A stretch of DNA of 64,000 nucleotides from Gekko japonicus (Eukaryota), in assembly GCF_001447785.1 (NCBI RefSeq), contig NW_015160859.1:646569-710568 (forward strand). Direction: 5' to 3'. The notes beneath the pieces were generated by a model. The model was not told the DNA's origin and searched no databases. It worked only from the letters and a program-made list of their open reading frames with translations. The number at the start of each line of letters is the position of its first letter. Within the stretch, counting starts at the first letter, position 1. Positions 61,307 through 64,000 of this stretch are shown here, piece after piece. A program made the translations under genes and the position numbers.

Positions 61307-63065
61307 CTACATGCAGCATATTATTGAAAGAAAAATAATCAGCAATTGGCAATGCAAGCTGCTGTGAGTGTTACAGGTTAATCATTAAAATAAAAAGTGT
61401 TATTCAATTACATTTCAGCATTTTAAAGGTGCAGTTTCAGTTCTTGTTTTGTAAAACACTTCCAATTTTGGTCATATCTTTTTCATACCCTTTCATTAGG
61501 ATAATTTGTCAACAATGAAAACGTTTTGATTACTTTCTATTCACAGAAATAAAAGAATTAACGGTTTGACTTTAGTGCATGAAATTACTGCATCTTTAGT
61601 AAGACAGTATTAAAAATTATCCAGCCAGCATTTAACAAGCAAATAAATATAGCTCATGCAATATCATTCATTAAAGTGCAAACTGAAATAAGTGTCAGCA
61701 TCATTTTGTTTACAAAACCACCATGCATTCTCTTCCACTTTATTCTACATGCAGTAAAATCTAGTAGCTATAGAAACAGACCAAGATACAACACAACTTA
61801 AAGGGTAAGTCTATTAGATTATTGAAAATATAGATGCAAGTCAAGACAGTTTGGCATACCCTTAAACTTCTTCAGGCTTATATTTGTTTGCCTTCTTCTT
61901 TTTCATGTTTTTATTTTTAAAAGAGCATGAACTCAAAGTCTACAAACCCTGCGCCACATCCCAAGAACCCATTACTGTTTTTTGGGGGGAAACAATGGCA
62001 GGAGGGTTGGTCTGCCAAAAACTGTAGTGGTGGGAATTCACGCCAGATCATAAACACATTACATGGAAGTTCCACTGAAAACAGTAGGTCTTGCATGAAA
62101 TATCCTTAGGTACAATGTTCGTAATTTTAAATAAATTTAAGCACCCTTAATTCAGTAAAGGTTACAGTACAAACCAGACACTTGAATAGCAATATCATGG
62201 ACAGATGCTTTGAAAATATGATGAATATTTTAGTGTACTTGCTAGTAAGCATGACTCAAGAAACTCTTTTTTAAAACTGTACCTGAAGTCCTGTGCCCAC
62301 TTACTTAGGAGTAAGCCTGTTGAAATGAGGGAGTGCTACAAGCTTGCATAAAACTGGGCTGCAACTTTGAAAATATTTCCAAAAAAGCTGTTCTTCTAGT
62401 CAGCAGTCTTCTTGATATAACATATATAAGAAATTGATGGTATTTGATTTCTGTTCTAAGCAACACATTTTTAACTGATTGCATTCAATTGTGCACTTGT
62501 TCACACAGTTTGCATCTCCAGAAAAATTCCTATAGCAAATACTCCCTTCCCCTGCAGGGACAAGCTACCTCATTAACTGGGAAATCCTGCAAATAGTTGA
62601 ATGGGAGACCATTCTGACCCTCTGATATAAGATTTGGCTCCATTCTGTTCACTCTGCCTCTTCTTTGTAAAAATAAGATGGCAGAAGAAGGAAACATAGG
62701 ACCCCCCCCCCTTACTCCAAGAGCCACCCCAAGGGTTTGTAATACCCATCCCACTATCGAATTATACAGCATAATTTCTGGTTCAAAAGGACAAGCTAAG
62801 CCTCTCTGTTTCTCTTCATCTAGAGATCAACCATTAAATATGATGATGATCCAGAAAAAGGGTATGAAAAGGTCTGAATGTGTGAAACTTTGCATATTCA
62901 CAGCTGGCCATGGGAGTTCTGTGAAGAAAATCCCATGGCCAGCTGTGAATCATGTTTTAACTGTGTTTTAGCTGTGAATCATGTTTTAATAGAAGAAGAC
63001 TGTGAATTTACAACGGGCTGAACAGAACGGATTATTTTTAAACATAAAACCAGCATTGTAACAAC

Positions 63066-63610
63066 TAGGGGTGTGCACTCGGTATATACCAAGCCAAATA
63101 AATATCCGAAAAATAGCTTATCTGTAATTTTGGGGTACTTATTCAGTCGAATACAAATTAGAGATCTGTACTCAGCTACTGAAGTAGCTGCGCCAGAATA
63201 AAAGCCAATATTAACCAGCTTGTATTCAGATGCATTTAGAAAGCATTTAAACAGACCATGGTTTCTTTAAATGCCTTCTGAGTTCAGTTCACTTGCTGAG
63301 TCACACTGCTGTGGCAGCGCGACTTGGTGAGTGAGCTCAAAAGGAATTTAAACTTTAAATGCTTGCTGACTTTACTCACAGAGTTGCATCGCCACCATGG
63401 CATGACTTGGAGAGTGAACTCAGCAAGCATTTAAAATTTAAATCCTCCATTATACCCTATGGGGACAGTCCCCATTGGGTATAATGGAGCCAAATAAATT
63501 CAGCAATCCCGATTATTTCCCAAATAATTTGGGGAAATCAGGAAATAATGATATTTTTCGGTTTCAACACACTCGAACCCAAAAAATACTGATTTTTTTT
63601 GCACACCCCA
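63066..63610. mobile_element. hAT-type MITE
   Basis: Termini TAGGGGTGTGCA / TGCACACCCCA; 8-bp TSD GTAACAAC/GTAACCAC (63058-63065, 63611-63618); internal hairpins. Confidence 0.85.
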
Positions 63611-63854
63611 GTAACCACTAATACAGAGTCATAAATAATAATTTCTATCCTTCCTCCTGCTAACCTAATACACAGACAAATGCCTCTATCCCAAACTCAT
63701 GTCCCAAATGGGGACACAGAGGACTTCTCTCCATTTTAGCCTTAAAACTAGTACTATTTAAAGCTAGAATGAAAACTGAACTAGCTATAAGTGCAACATA
63801 ATCCTAACAGTGCAATCAAAAGGCATCACTCTGGCAGTTGCAAATATGGCTCTA

Positions 63855-64000
63855 TATTTATTAACTTCATTTAAAACGTACCTTTCTCCCCAGTGGGGAT
63901 CCAAAGCAACTTGCACTGTTCTTTCCTCCATTTTATCCTCACAGCAACCCTGTAAATTATGCTGAGAGTGGGTAACTGGCCCAATATCACCCAGCAAAAT
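63855..64000 (-). mobile_element. SINE 3' half (Squam3/CORE-like), runs off the right edge
   Basis: CCTCCATTTTATCCTCACAGCAACCCTGT...TGGCCCAA..TCACCCAG is the reverse of the CORE-like motif in 9920-10030. Confidence 0.65.

Overview
Eukaryotic, not microbial: vertebrate genomic DNA, most likely a squamate and probably a gecko (inferred from Sauria/Squam-type SINEs, BovB, CR1, L2, DIRS and Penelope content). Two host genes meet tail-to-tail as in other amniotes: the last four coding exons of cochlin (COCH, + strand, 2758-23971) and the last 11 exons of striatin-3 (STRN3/SG2NA, - strand, 37296-61306). All splice junctions could be placed with consistent phases, one of them a GC-AG intron. Much of the rest is transposon-derived. 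Highlights: (1) an 8.7 kb nested stack in the last COCH intron, where a Penelope element bounded by a perfect 13-bp target-site duplication (TSD) holds an L2, a complete DIRS1-like tyrosine-recombinase retroelement and a SINE; (2) two more DIRS relics between the genes, all three ending in a consensus-like 5' splice site; (3) a ~520-bp non-coding insert carrying a minimal type-I hammerhead ribozyme (retrozyme-like), plus several decayed Penelope hammerheads; (4) a near-intact full-length BovB with a 52-bp frameshifting duplication and a missing 3' end; (5) a 449-bp, ~99% identical duplication flanking a COCH exon. I found no convincing wholly new biological system. The best leads are the ribozyme-bearing insert and the conserved splice donor at DIRS ends. 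Repeat family names are from recognition, not database searches, and repeat boundaries without a TSD are approximate.
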